Made by a program: the position numbers and the translations under genes
The notes under the pieces: model-generated
Database searches by the model: none
The model's input: the letters and a program-made list of their open reading frames with translations, nothing else
What the model was told of the DNA's origin: nothing
Origin: Flavobacteriales bacterium
GTDB taxonomy: Bacteria > Bacteroidota > Bacteroidia > Flavobacteriales_F > PHOS-HE28
NCBI GenBank assembly: GCA_039933875.1
Contig: JBDTNF010000140.1
Location: 1 to 63,272, forward strand
Reading direction: 5' to 3'
DNA: 63,272 nucleotides
Part shown: positions 19,120 to 27,404 of the stretch, in pieces
Layout of the letters: each line of letters starts with the position of its first letter
Position numbering within the stretch: position 1 is the first letter of the stretch

Positions 19120-20919
19120 ATGCTGCGGTCCCGGTCGATCGCCGTCTTCATGCTCATCGCCACGGGCCAAACGATGACCGCACAACGGTACGATGTGGAG
19201 AGCCAGGCATCGGGTGGCTTCATCGTCGTGAACAAAATCGCCTTGTTCGGTGGCAATGATGTTGTCGCGGTCGGATCCCGGAATACGTTCGGGGAACAAG
19301 CTCTGGTGTTCCGCATGAACGGCACCACTATTCTCTGGAGCAAGCTGTTGGGTGATTCGACCGTCTCCTTCTATTCCTCTCGGCTGGATGCCGTGACGAC
19401 GAGTGCCAACGGCGATATCCTTGTCGCCGGTGATGAGAACACAACGGGCCAGTGGCGTGGTTTCATCGCGCGCCTGGATGGTGATGGTACGTTGCTCTGG
19501 AGTACGTTGGTGGCCACGGATGCGGAGGGCGTGTGGTTCAATGAACTCCGGGAACTAGCAGATGGGTCCATCTATGCCGTGGGTCGTGTATGGACCGGCC
19601 TTCAGCGGAACGAGTGCGTTGCCCGATTCACCCCGGCTGGAGACCTGCTTTGGTTAAGAGACTTGGATTACCCCGGCTCACAATACGCATACTACACTGC
19701 TTTGGAGATGGACACATTGGTGGTCTTGGGATCGACTACGCTTGGCGTCGGCGCACGGGATATATCGATCTTTCGCTTTGCACCCGATGGCACATTGCTT
19801 TCGTTCCGCACATTCGGTACGGGCAACAATGAGTGGCCGTCGGCACTGCTGAAGGATGGTTCGGGAGGCTATGTGATCACTTATGGGATCAACTCGACAC
19901 AAGGGGGCATTCTTCGAACCGACGCCTACCTATCTCCGATCGGCAACCCACTGATCATTTCTTCGCCTTATTGGTTGAATCCGTCCGCGGGTGCGCTCTG
20001 GGACGCAACAAGTGAGGAATGCATTCTCTTCGGCCAAGCGGCAAATGCGACCGATGGGTTCAGTATGGCCGTGCGCATCTCCTTGCCCGGTGCATCCGTG
20101 GTGTGGGAGCGGACCCTGCCTGGCACAGGCTTCATTGACCATGCGATCGCGACCAACCCGACCAATGAAGGTGTGGTCATGTGTACGGCCAACGGGTTCA
20201 ACGCGAATGCTTCCTACCCCGCACATGTGTTCATGATCGATCTGACCACGGGCATGGATATGAGCGGTGTGCCATGTATGGCAAGCACCCCTTTGGATCT
20301 TGCAGTTACCTCTGGTTCGGTATTCGTGACCGATCATGTGATAACGAACCGACTTCGATCAGCGGTTGTGTCACATGGGAGCCCCATACTGGACTATCCC
20401 TTGAAGGTGACACCGTGCAACTCGACCACTCTCCCCGTGGAGCTATTGGATTGGCAAGCGATGGTCGAGATCGGGTTCGTTGAACTTCAATGGAGTACCG
20501 GGTCGGAAGTCGAAAGTGACCGCTTTATCGTTGAACGCAGTATCGACAGCGAGCGCTGGGAGCCGATTGGCGTAGTCACCGCTCGAGGCACGAGCGCGGT
20601 CCGCACTGATTACGAATGGAAGGATCAAGCACCCGCTAGAGGAACGAACTATTACCGTCTGCGCCAGCTGGACCAAGATGGCGGATCAACCTTGTCACAG
20701 GTCCGCACCGTTGAATGGATAACATCCGGTCCGCTTCCGTTGGTGAGCCCCAACCCTGCTTCTCCCGGTCAAATGGTCAGCGCCATCACTGAAGTTCATC
20801 TGTACGACCTGCGCGGCCGAGAACTGTCCGGACCGCTTAACTCGTTCGAAGCCCCTATTCAACCGGGCATGTATCTTGTCCGTGCATCGGGGCGCTGCGA
20901 AAAATTCCTCGTGCGTTGA
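19120..20919 (+). CDS. secreted repeat protein with T9SS C-terminal sorting domain
   Basis: The ATG at 19120 gives MLRSRSIAVFMLIATGQTMTAQ (signal peptide). Repeated G(D/S)I.VAG / DG..LW motifs suggest a beta-propeller-like fold. The C-terminus LVSPNPASPGQ...LYDLRGRE...GMYLVRASGR..KFLVR is T9SS CTD-like. Confidence 0.7.
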   Translation: MLRSRSIAVFMLIATGQTMTAQRYDVESQASGGFIVVNKIALFGGNDVVAVGSRNTFGEQALVFRMNGTTILWSKLLGDSTVSFYSSRLDAVTTSANGDILVAGDENTTGQWRGFIARLDGDGTLLWSTLVATDAEGVWFNELRELADGSIYAVGRVWTGLQRNECVARFTPAGDLLWLRDLDYPGSQYAYYTALEMDTLVVLGSTTLGVGARDISIFRFAPDGTLLSFRTFGTGNNEWPSALLKDGSGGYVITYGINSTQGGILRTDAYLSPIGNPLIISSPYWLNPSAGALWDATSEECILFGQAANATDGFSMAVRISLPGASVVWERTLPGTGFIDHAIATNPTNEGVVMCTANGFNANASYPAHVFMIDLTTGMDMSGVPCMASTPLDLAVTSGSVFVTDHVITNRLRSAVVSHGSPILDYPLKVTPCNSTTLPVELLDWQAMVEIGFVELQWSTGSEVESDRFIVERSIDSERWEPIGVVTARGTSAVRTDYEWKDQAPARGTNYYRLRQLDQDGGSTLSQVRTVEWITSGPLPLVSPNPASPGQMVSAITEVHLYDLRGRELSGPLNSFEAPIQPGMYLVRASGRCEKFLVR

Positions 20920-20954
20920 GCGGTCATCGCGCCCCGAGCACAACCCTGCACCCC

Positions 20955-21710
20955 ATGACGAACAAGCTCACCGCCGTGATCGTGGACGATGAGGAAGCTC
21001 CCCGCGAGATCCTGTCCGGCTTGCTGAAGCGGAACCATCCGGAGATCCATGTGGTCGGTGTCGGGCACGATGTTCCTTCAGGCCTGGAGTTGATCGGGCG
21101 CATATCGCCACAGCTTCTATTCCTGGATATCGAACTAAAGGACAAGACCGGCTTCGACCTGCTACGGTCATTGGGCGAGGATCGTCCGCACGTCATCTTC
21201 ACCACGGCCCACGAGAGTTACGCGGTCAAAGCCATCCGCTTCAGTGCATTGGACTATCTGCTGAAACCGATCGACGCAGCGGAACTGCACGAGGCCATTG
21301 CCAAGGCGGGACAGGTCATTCGCACCACCGACAAGCCCGGCATGGTCGACATGCTGCTGAAGAACATCGACCGTTCAGGAGGCGAGCGGATCATTGCGCT
21401 CCCTGTAGCGGACGGCCTCGAGTTCGTTCATGTGAACGAGATCCTTCTCTGTGAGTCGGACTCGAATTACACGACCCTGCATATGCGCGATGGCAAGCGC
21501 CTGCTCATTTCCCGTACCCTGAAGGAATTCGAGGACCTGCTCATGGACCCGCCGTTCAAACGTGTCCACAATTGCTACCTGGTGAACGTAAAGCATATCC
21601 GGAAGTACATCCGGGGTGATGGCGGCGAGGTGCTGATGTCGAACGGGACGAATGTGCCCGTGGCGCGCAGGAAGAAACAGGAACTGCTGGATTCGCTGGA
21701 TATGCTCTAA
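20955..21710 (+). CDS. LytTR-family response regulator (REC + LytTR DNA-binding domain)
   Basis: The ATG at 20955 gives MTNKLTAVIVDDEE...LLFLDIELKDKTGFDLL (receiver domain). The C-terminal part ...VNEILLCESDSNYTTLHMRDGKRLLISRTLKEFEDLL...FKRVHNCYLVNVKHI is a LytTR domain. Confidence 0.9.
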   Translation: MTNKLTAVIVDDEEAPREILSGLLKRNHPEIHVVGVGHDVPSGLELIGRISPQLLFLDIELKDKTGFDLLRSLGEDRPHVIFTTAHESYAVKAIRFSALDYLLKPIDAAELHEAIAKAGQVIRTTDKPGMVDMLLKNIDRSGGERIIALPVADGLEFVHVNEILLCESDSNYTTLHMRDGKRLLISRTLKEFEDLLMDPPFKRVHNCYLVNVKHIRKYIRGDGGEVLMSNGTNVPVARRKKQELLDSLDML

Positions 21711-21722
21711 TCAGGAAAGGCC

Positions 21723-22355
21723 CTACGCTGCCTTCGCGATCGAGATATCACTAGGCGGTCCGTAGCCCAAGGCACCGAAAGCAAGGATGCGGAAGGTATA
21801 GGCACGGTCGCTCTCCAGTCCGGTGGCGGTGAAATGGTTCTTGGAAGTGAGCGTGAGCTGACGCCAACCTTCTTCGTTGGACGGATCTCCGTCCGTGAAT
21901 TGAATGGTGTACATCTTGCGGCCTTTCACCGCGTCCCAGCGCAGATCGATGCAGCCGGGATGGTCCGCGCGTTCCGCACGTACGCCGCCGGGAATGGCCA
22001 TGGGCATGCTGGCGCTCCGTTTGTGTTTGGTCACGAAACCTGCGCTACGGACGATGCTCCGGTCGCCGCGGCAATGACCTTGAACATAGCCGGCGAGGCA
22101 GATGATCAGCCTGCGCAAACGCTCATGTGCCAGGTTACGCGTGCTCAGGTCCATGCGGCCCCGATTGAACTCAAAGACCTGCGATGCATGATCCAGCTCA
22201 TCGCAGGCGGCTGCCACTTCGGCCAGCGAAGGCAGCGGATGGGGAAAGGCGGGGTTGCCGGTCATCGTGCTCACATGATTGCGGCCGCGCACCACCAGTT
22301 CGGCGGCCGACAACCGCTTCGTACCATGACAGACCAGTGGGGTGCTTGTATACAT
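21723..22355 (-). CDS. hypothetical protein with C-terminal fibronectin type III-like domain
   Basis: 210-aa ORF convergent with the LytTR gene. The C-terminal IDLRWDAVKGRKMYTIQFTDGDP...TATGLESDRAYTFRILAFGALGYGPPSD has the FN3 pattern. No signal peptide is visible. Confidence 0.55.
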   Translation of the reverse strand: MYTSTPLVCHGTKRLSAAELVVRGRNHVSTMTGNPAFPHPLPSLAEVAAACDELDHASQVFEFNRGRMDLSTRNLAHERLRRLIICLAGYVQGHCRGDRSIVRSAGFVTKHKRSASMPMAIPGGVRAERADHPGCIDLRWDAVKGRKMYTIQFTDGDPSNEEGWRQLTLTSKNHFTATGLESDRAYTFRILAFGALGYGPPSDISIAKAA

Positions 22356-22439
22356 GACGGTGGGCCCAGGCGGTACCCATGCTTTTTCCTCTTGGCTTCA
22401 ACGGCTAAGCGCTTGCGCTGGTTGCACGCGGGCAGGGTG

Positions 22440-23000
22440 CATTGTACAACCCACGCTCACCTGCACGCGGGGTCAAGTGCCGCATTACCGCTTGCTCGGA
22501 AGGCATGGATGCGGCCATTGTCATACTGTGCGCTTGCCGGGGATCTTGGCGCCATACGGTTGTCCCAACATTCGCACGGCGGAGGTGAAGGGTTCGGTCC
22601 ATTGTCACAACATCCGGTCGTATCGTATAAAGGGACCACGCGATCGTCCCAACAGCAGTCGGCGCGAGGTGAAGGGACGATCCCCGCGGGTCAGCATCCG
22701 CTCTTGGCGGATGAGGGGACCACGCCGTCGTCCCAACATCCACCGGTGCCGGTCGAACGGATGACGCTGCGAGGTCAAGCACCTGCGACGATGGATGAGG
22801 GGGCCTTGCCATTGTCCCAACATCTGCTGGTGCGAGGCGCACGGATGACGCTAACACACCCGCATGCACCGGCAACAGATGAAAGGACCATGTGATCGTT
22901 CCAACATCTCCTGCCGCAAGGTGCGGGTAGGATGTCGTTCCACCACCGCATCCGGGTATCGGGTGAAGGGACCGTGCGATCGCCCCAAGATCCGTGGGGG
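22440..23000. repeat. degenerate tandem repeat array, half-period about 42 bp and strict 84-bp register, each unit carrying GGGAC-N9-GTCCC
   Basis: The anchor gt(c/t)ccaaca occurs at 22562, 22646, 22730, 22814 and 22898, and as gccccaaga at 22982, so all anchors are exactly 84 bp apart. Weaker half-units start at 22520, 22604, 22690, 22774 and 22937. The conserved core is ggtgaagggaccacgcgatcgtcccaacatc. Confidence 0.8.
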
Positions 23001-23050
23001 AACAGGTGCTTGAACCTGGGGTGACAGGCAGTGCACCTGCCTTCGGAGGG

Positions 23051-23827
23051 TCACGCCCGCTCCAGACGGTCCTTCCACCGTTGGGCATCCGGCATGACCC
23101 GTCGCTGCAAGGCATGAAAGGCCTTGTTGTGGTAGGGGTGTACGAGGTGACACAACTCGTGCGTGATGACATAGTCGATCGCGCGAACGGGCATCGTGAT
23201 CAGATCAGGGTTCAGCAGCATCCGGCCCTGAGGTGTGCAACTCCCCCAGCGCTTGGCCATGCGTGTGATGCGCACAGGAGGCTCTTCGAGCTTGTGCCTC
23301 TTGAACAAGTTCAACGCTTCCTCCAGCCTTTCAGCGAATACGCGCTGAGCATGTGCTCGATACCAGGCGGCCACTAGCTGCCGCACCTGTTCCCGGTCGT
23401 TGCGTTCCGGTAGAGTCACCACCAGCTCACCGCCCTTCAATTTCACCGAGCGCTCTTTGCCCGACCGCACCTTCAGCACATAGCGCCTGCCTAGATAGCT
23501 GTGGGATTCGCCGGACACGTATTCGCGAGGCGGGGTGCGCGGGAGGAATTCCTCGAAATGCCGGAACTGCTTCAACAACCAACGCCCCTTCGCGACCACC
23601 TTCGCTTCGATCGTGGGCAATGCAGCGTTCATCGGTGCCACCACATGCACGCTCAGGTCCGGATGTACTTCGATGCCCAGCGTGCGGCGTTCGCTACGCC
23701 TGAGCGAGAATTCCAGCGTGCGCGATCCATACCGCACATTCAACGTCGTAGGCCGACCCGGTAGGTCGGCACCACGGGCGCCCTTCGGCGCCTCCTTCAC
23801 CACTCTCGCACCCTTCACCCCTTGCAC
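23051..23827 (-). CDS. DUF45/YgjP-like (M48-related) zinc metallopeptidase
   Basis: 258-aa ORF starting 4 nt after the hsdR stop. It has an HExxH motif in VITHELCHLVHPYHNKAFHAL, and its overall length and position match the YgjP-like proteins that commonly follow hsdR. Confidence 0.7.
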   Translation of the reverse strand: MQGVKGARVVKEAPKGARGADLPGRPTTLNVRYGSRTLEFSLRRSERRTLGIEVHPDLSVHVVAPMNAALPTIEAKVVAKGRWLLKQFRHFEEFLPRTPPREYVSGESHSYLGRRYVLKVRSGKERSVKLKGGELVVTLPERNDREQVRQLVAAWYRAHAQRVFAERLEEALNLFKRHKLEEPPVRITRMAKRWGSCTPQGRMLLNPDLITMPVRAIDYVITHELCHLVHPYHNKAFHALQRRVMPDAQRWKDRLERA

Positions 23828-23831
23828 TTTC

Positions 23832-26800
23832 TCAGTAATTGTGCTTCGCGCACTTCAGGCATTTCTCCAGGATCGCGTCGATCTCATCGAAGGTGAGCTC
23901 CGCGCCAAGGTCCTTGCGGTGCAGTAGCAGGTAGTCCTCAATCGCGTTCTCGATGCGCTTCTGCACGTCGATGTTGCGGTGCCAATCGCGGATGATGTGC
24001 CGCTCCACGATGGCGGCGATATCCATGCCCGCTTGTGCCAGCCGCGACCGGTCGAGGCCATCAGCGTGGTGTTCCTCCAACACGCTGGTGAGCGCACCGA
24101 AGAAAGCCCGTGCCTGGGGTGCTTCACGCAGTTGCTCGGGGATGCCCTCCAGATGCCCCTTCTCCAAGTCGTCGCGTGTGCCGAGGATCTTCTCCAGGTA
24201 TTCCTTCTCGCTGATGCGCCCGTCGTGGAAGGCCTTGATCGTATCCTCGATCAGGTCGCTGAACTTCTTGTAGAAGGCTTCGTCGCGCTCCAGGTTCTCG
24301 CTGATACTTTTCTTCATCTGGTGCGCGATGAAGTCGGCCTTGCTCGCGGGCGTCTTGCCGTACTGCTCCAGCGCGTCGCTCACCATCTGGCGGTCCATGA
24401 TGTTCACTTCGCCGGTGAGGTAGTCCACGCGTTCGGCTTGCACGTGCATGTCCAACAACTTGCGCACGCGCGGCTCATACTCCGCGTAGCTCACCACTTC
24501 GGCGTAGCGCTGTTGCACGCTGCGGCGCATGCCCTCGAAGCGCTTCAGTTCCTTCAGGTAGAAGGTGACCTGCTCGTTGTCGAACTCTTTGTAGAAGTCG
24601 TCGCTGCCGAGGGCGGTGTGCAGGGTGCGCGCATACGCTGACACGCGCCCGTAGAAGTCATCGCGAAGGTCTTTGGCAGCGAGGTGACGCTCCAGCGCTT
24701 CGGTGTCGTTCCTGTTCACGCCCTTGAACACGTCCCACACGTCGGCATGGCGCTGCGGCACCTTGCGCACTTCCTCGCGCATGTCGTGGACGGCGTTCGT
24801 GAGGTCGTTCTCGTCGAAGCCATCCAGCGCGCTGTAGCTGGTAAGCGCTTCGTCAAGGTCCCCGAGCAGGCCCACGTAGTCGATGATGTAGCCGAACTGC
24901 TTGCCCTCGAACAAGCGGTTCACACGGGCAATGGCCTGCAAGAGGTTGTGCTCTTTCAGCGGCCGCGCCAGGTAGAGCACAGTGTTGCGCGGACTGTCGA
25001 AGCCCGTGAGCAATTTGCTCACCACGATCATCACTTCCACTTCATCGCTCGCGGCTTTGAACTTCTCGATCATCCGCTCCTCGTAGCGCGCGGGATCGTT
25101 GCCGTGCTTCTCCATCAACTGCTTCCAGAAGGTGCGCGCTTCGTCGTTGGCTTCCTCCCACACATCCTCGTTGCCCTCGCGGCTATCGGGCGGTGTGAAG
25201 ACCACGGCGGCGTTCAGGCGCAGCTTCGGGTCGGGCTGGCTTTGGAAGTACTTGTAGTAGCGGATGGCGGTATCGATGCTCGGCGCTGCCAGTTGCGCTT
25301 TGAAGGGCGTGCCCTGCCACGAGCCGCAGAAGTGCTTGCTGATGTCGTGCGCGATCTCTTCCACCACCAGCTGGCTCTGGTAGAGCTTGCTGATGCGGCT
25401 GAACTTCTTCTTCAGGTCCTTCTGCGCCTCTTCGCTCAGCGGCGCGCTCAGGCGCTCGAAGCCCTTGTCGATAGCGGCCGCGTTCACGCTGAGCTTGGCG
25501 GCGCGGCCTTCGTAGAGCAGGGGCACCACGGCCTGGTCCTTCACGGCCTGGTCGATGGTGTAGGTGTGGATGAAGCCGCCGAATTTCCGCGCCGTGCTCT
25601 TCTCCTTCTTCATCAGCGGTGTGCCGGTGAAGCCGATGTAGCAGGCGTTGGGCAGCATGCGCTTCATCTGCTGGTGGCTCAGGCCGTACTGACTGCGGTG
25701 GCTCTCGTCCACCAGCACGAAGAGGTCGGGACTGGCATCGCTGAAGCCCACTTTGCGCGTGCCTGTCTCGAACTTGTCGATCACACTGGTGATCACTTCC
25801 ACGCCGCCGTCCTTCAGCAGTTCCACCAGGTGGTTGCCGCTGCTCGCCTTCTGCACGTTCTTGCCGCAGTTCAAGAAGGTCTTCCAGATCTGGCGGTCCA
25901 GGTCCACACGGTCGGTAACGATCACCACGCGCGGACGGGCGATGCCTTTCTCCAGCGCGAGCGCCTTGCTCAGCATCACCATGGTTAGGCTCTTGCCGCT
26001 GCCTTGCGTGTGCCAGATCACGCCGCCACGGCGTGAACCCTCGGTGTCCAAGCCGCGCACACGCGCCAGCGTTTCGCGCACGGCGAAGTATTGCTGGTAG
26101 CGCGCGACTTTCCGCTCCGGCCCATCGAACACGGTGTAGATGTAGGCCAGCTCCATGAGCCGCTCGGGGCGCAGCAGCGCGAAGAGCACGCGGTCCTGCT
26201 CGGTGGGCAGGCGGTCTTCGGCGGGGGTATCGTACTTGGTGCTCTTGAGCAAGCGCGTAACGGGCGCTTCGGTGTCCTCTTTCCAGTTGCCCCAGAAGCG
26301 CGCCTCGGTGCCGGTGGTGGCATAGCGCACCTCGTTGGGCTGCACGGCCAGCAACAGTTGCGCGTAGTGGAAGATGCGCGGCGCGCCCTCGTCCTTGCGC
26401 TGGTTGCGCAGGTGCTGGCTGATGGCCTCGGCGATGCTCAGGTTCTTGTCCCGCCGCTTGTTCTCCAGCACGGCGAAGGGAATACCGTTGACGAAGAGCA
26501 CAAGGTCCGGACGGCGTGTCTCTTTGATCCCCTCCACCACGAACTCATCGGCGATGTGGTAGTGGTTGTTCTGCGGGTTGGCCCAATCGATGTAGCGCAG
26601 CGTGTAGGCTTTCTGGTCGCCCTGCACGGTCTCGGTAAAGCTCTTGCCCAGGGTGAGCAGGTCGTACACCTTCTCGTTGGTGAGCACCACGTGCTGCTCG
26701 GGTACGTTCTTGAGCGCAGCGATGGCCTGCGCAATGGTGCCCCGGCTGAAGGGATACTGCTGCCCCTTGTACTCGAAGCGGTTGATGGCAGCCAGCCGCT

Positions 26801-26954
26801 CGGCCAATATCTCCTCCAGCAGCACACCGCTAAGGATGCCGTTGCGCTGCCGCTCGGCCTCCACAGGCGGTAGGTAGCGCCAGCCCAGCTTGCGTAGCAG
26901 GGCCAGCGCCGGTGCCTGGCTGTCGTGGAGTTCGGTGTAGTTGGGCGGGGTCAT
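23832..26954 (-). CDS. hsdR: type I restriction enzyme, R subunit
   Basis: 1040 aa. N-terminal PD-(D/E)xK nuclease motif (RPDLVLFVNGIPFAVLENKR). SF2 helicase motifs are present: HTQGSGKSLTMV (Walker A) and VLVDESHRSQ (motif II). Confidence 0.92.
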   Translation of the reverse strand: MTPPNYTELHDSQAPALALLRKLGWRYLPPVEAERQRNGILSGVLLEEILAERLAAINRFEYKGQQYPFSRGTIAQAIAALKNVPEQHVVLTNEKVYDLLTLGKSFTETVQGDQKAYTLRYIDWANPQNNHYHIADEFVVEGIKETRRPDLVLFVNGIPFAVLENKRRDKNLSIAEAISQHLRNQRKDEGAPRIFHYAQLLLAVQPNEVRYATTGTEARFWGNWKEDTEAPVTRLLKSTKYDTPAEDRLPTEQDRVLFALLRPERLMELAYIYTVFDGPERKVARYQQYFAVRETLARVRGLDTEGSRRGGVIWHTQGSGKSLTMVMLSKALALEKGIARPRVVIVTDRVDLDRQIWKTFLNCGKNVQKASSGNHLVELLKDGGVEVITSVIDKFETGTRKVGFSDASPDLFVLVDESHRSQYGLSHQQMKRMLPNACYIGFTGTPLMKKEKSTARKFGGFIHTYTIDQAVKDQAVVPLLYEGRAAKLSVNAAAIDKGFERLSAPLSEEAQKDLKKKFSRISKLYQSQLVVEEIAHDISKHFCGSWQGTPFKAQLAAPSIDTAIRYYKYFQSQPDPKLRLNAAVVFTPPDSREGNEDVWEEANDEARTFWKQLMEKHGNDPARYEERMIEKFKAASDEVEVMIVVSKLLTGFDSPRNTVLYLARPLKEHNLLQAIARVNRLFEGKQFGYIIDYVGLLGDLDEALTSYSALDGFDENDLTNAVHDMREEVRKVPQRHADVWDVFKGVNRNDTEALERHLAAKDLRDDFYGRVSAYARTLHTALGSDDFYKEFDNEQVTFYLKELKRFEGMRRSVQQRYAEVVSYAEYEPRVRKLLDMHVQAERVDYLTGEVNIMDRQMVSDALEQYGKTPASKADFIAHQMKKSISENLERDEAFYKKFSDLIEDTIKAFHDGRISEKEYLEKILGTRDDLEKGHLEGIPEQLREAPQARAFFGALTSVLEEHHADGLDRSRLAQAGMDIAAIVERHIIRDWHRNIDVQKRIENAIEDYLLLHRKDLGAELTFDEIDAILEKCLKCAKHNY

Positions 26955-26963
26955 CGAATGTCA

Positions 26964-27404
26964 CTAAACGGCGAGGCCCTTATGTCCAGGTCTGTGAGCA
27001 ACGGAAGGATGGTGCCATCTGCCTGTGATCTGGTACAATTCGTAGTTCAAGATCCAGCCGTGTGTCCATGGAACGATGGTGTCATACAAGTTGCAGCTCG
27101 TCTGCCATAGGAAGTCCTTGGGATAGTAAAGGCAGAGGCTGTTGTCGTACGGATACATGTGTATGTCGTCCGAGTACGCGATGTGCGGCGCCCGAATGAA
27201 GACCTTGGGTTTCGCGGGTGGTCTGTAAATGACTCGATACTTGAAAGGCGTTGAATATGGCGTGGGTTGGAACACACCGGTTGAAACCAAGCCGAACTGA
27301 TCGAGTCTGTTCTTCAAGAACGTATAGTGCCGCTCGAGCAGAACCTTCTCCCTCGCGGCGATGGCGAAGTAGTTGGGCCGTTGTGTGTAGTAGGAACTAG
27401 CCAC
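26964..27404 (-). CDS. small E2 (UBC)-like protein, probable CBASS type II-short regulator
   Basis: The preferred start is the GTG at 27404-27402, overlapping the CD-NTase TAG by 8 nt (5'-GTGGCTAG-3' on the minus strand, complement of 27404-27397). The track's 188-aa form starts at a TTG 134 nt inside the CD-NTase gene. The sequence FKYRVIYRPPAKPKVFIRAP...IHMYPYDNSLCLYYPKDFLW...IVPW mirrors the UBC pattern (PP.v.F...H.N....G.iCL..L...W). Confidence 0.55.
   Translation of the reverse strand: MASSYYTQRPNYFAIAAREKVLLERHYTFLKNRLDQFGLVSTGVFQPTPYSTPFKYRVIYRPPAKPKVFIRAPHIAYSDDIHMYPYDNSLCLYYPKDFLWQTSCNLYDTIVPWTHGWILNYELYQITGRWHHPSVAHRPGHKGLAV

Noticed and set aside
22440-23000. The repeat array might be a CRISPR array.
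   Set aside because: - The period is only about 42 bp, so there is no room for a repeat plus a spacer.
- The units are degenerate copies of one another rather than identical repeats separated by unique spacers.
- No cas genes were seen anywhere in the window.
21834-23172. Long ORFs crossing the repeat array might be real genes: 21834..22895 (+, 353 aa), 22405..23172 (-, 255 aa), 22342..22764 (+) and others.
   Set aside because: - 21834..22895 is antisense to the FN3 gene for its first 520 nt.
- 22405..23172 starts inside the DUF45 gene in another frame.
- Several frames are open at once, as expected for GC-rich repeats.
- Repeat conservation is in contiguous nucleotide blocks, and half-unit lengths are not multiples of 3.

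The possibility is kept open only as an alternative under the repeat finding.
23979-26873. Plus-strand ORFs of 220-434 aa inside hsdR (23979..24641, 24684..25988, 26091..26873) might be genes.
   Set aside because: - They are antisense shadows of a well-supported 1040-aa HsdR gene.
- Their translations are low-complexity and rich in Ala, Gly, Leu, Arg, Val, His and Gln.
- They contain no recognisable motifs.
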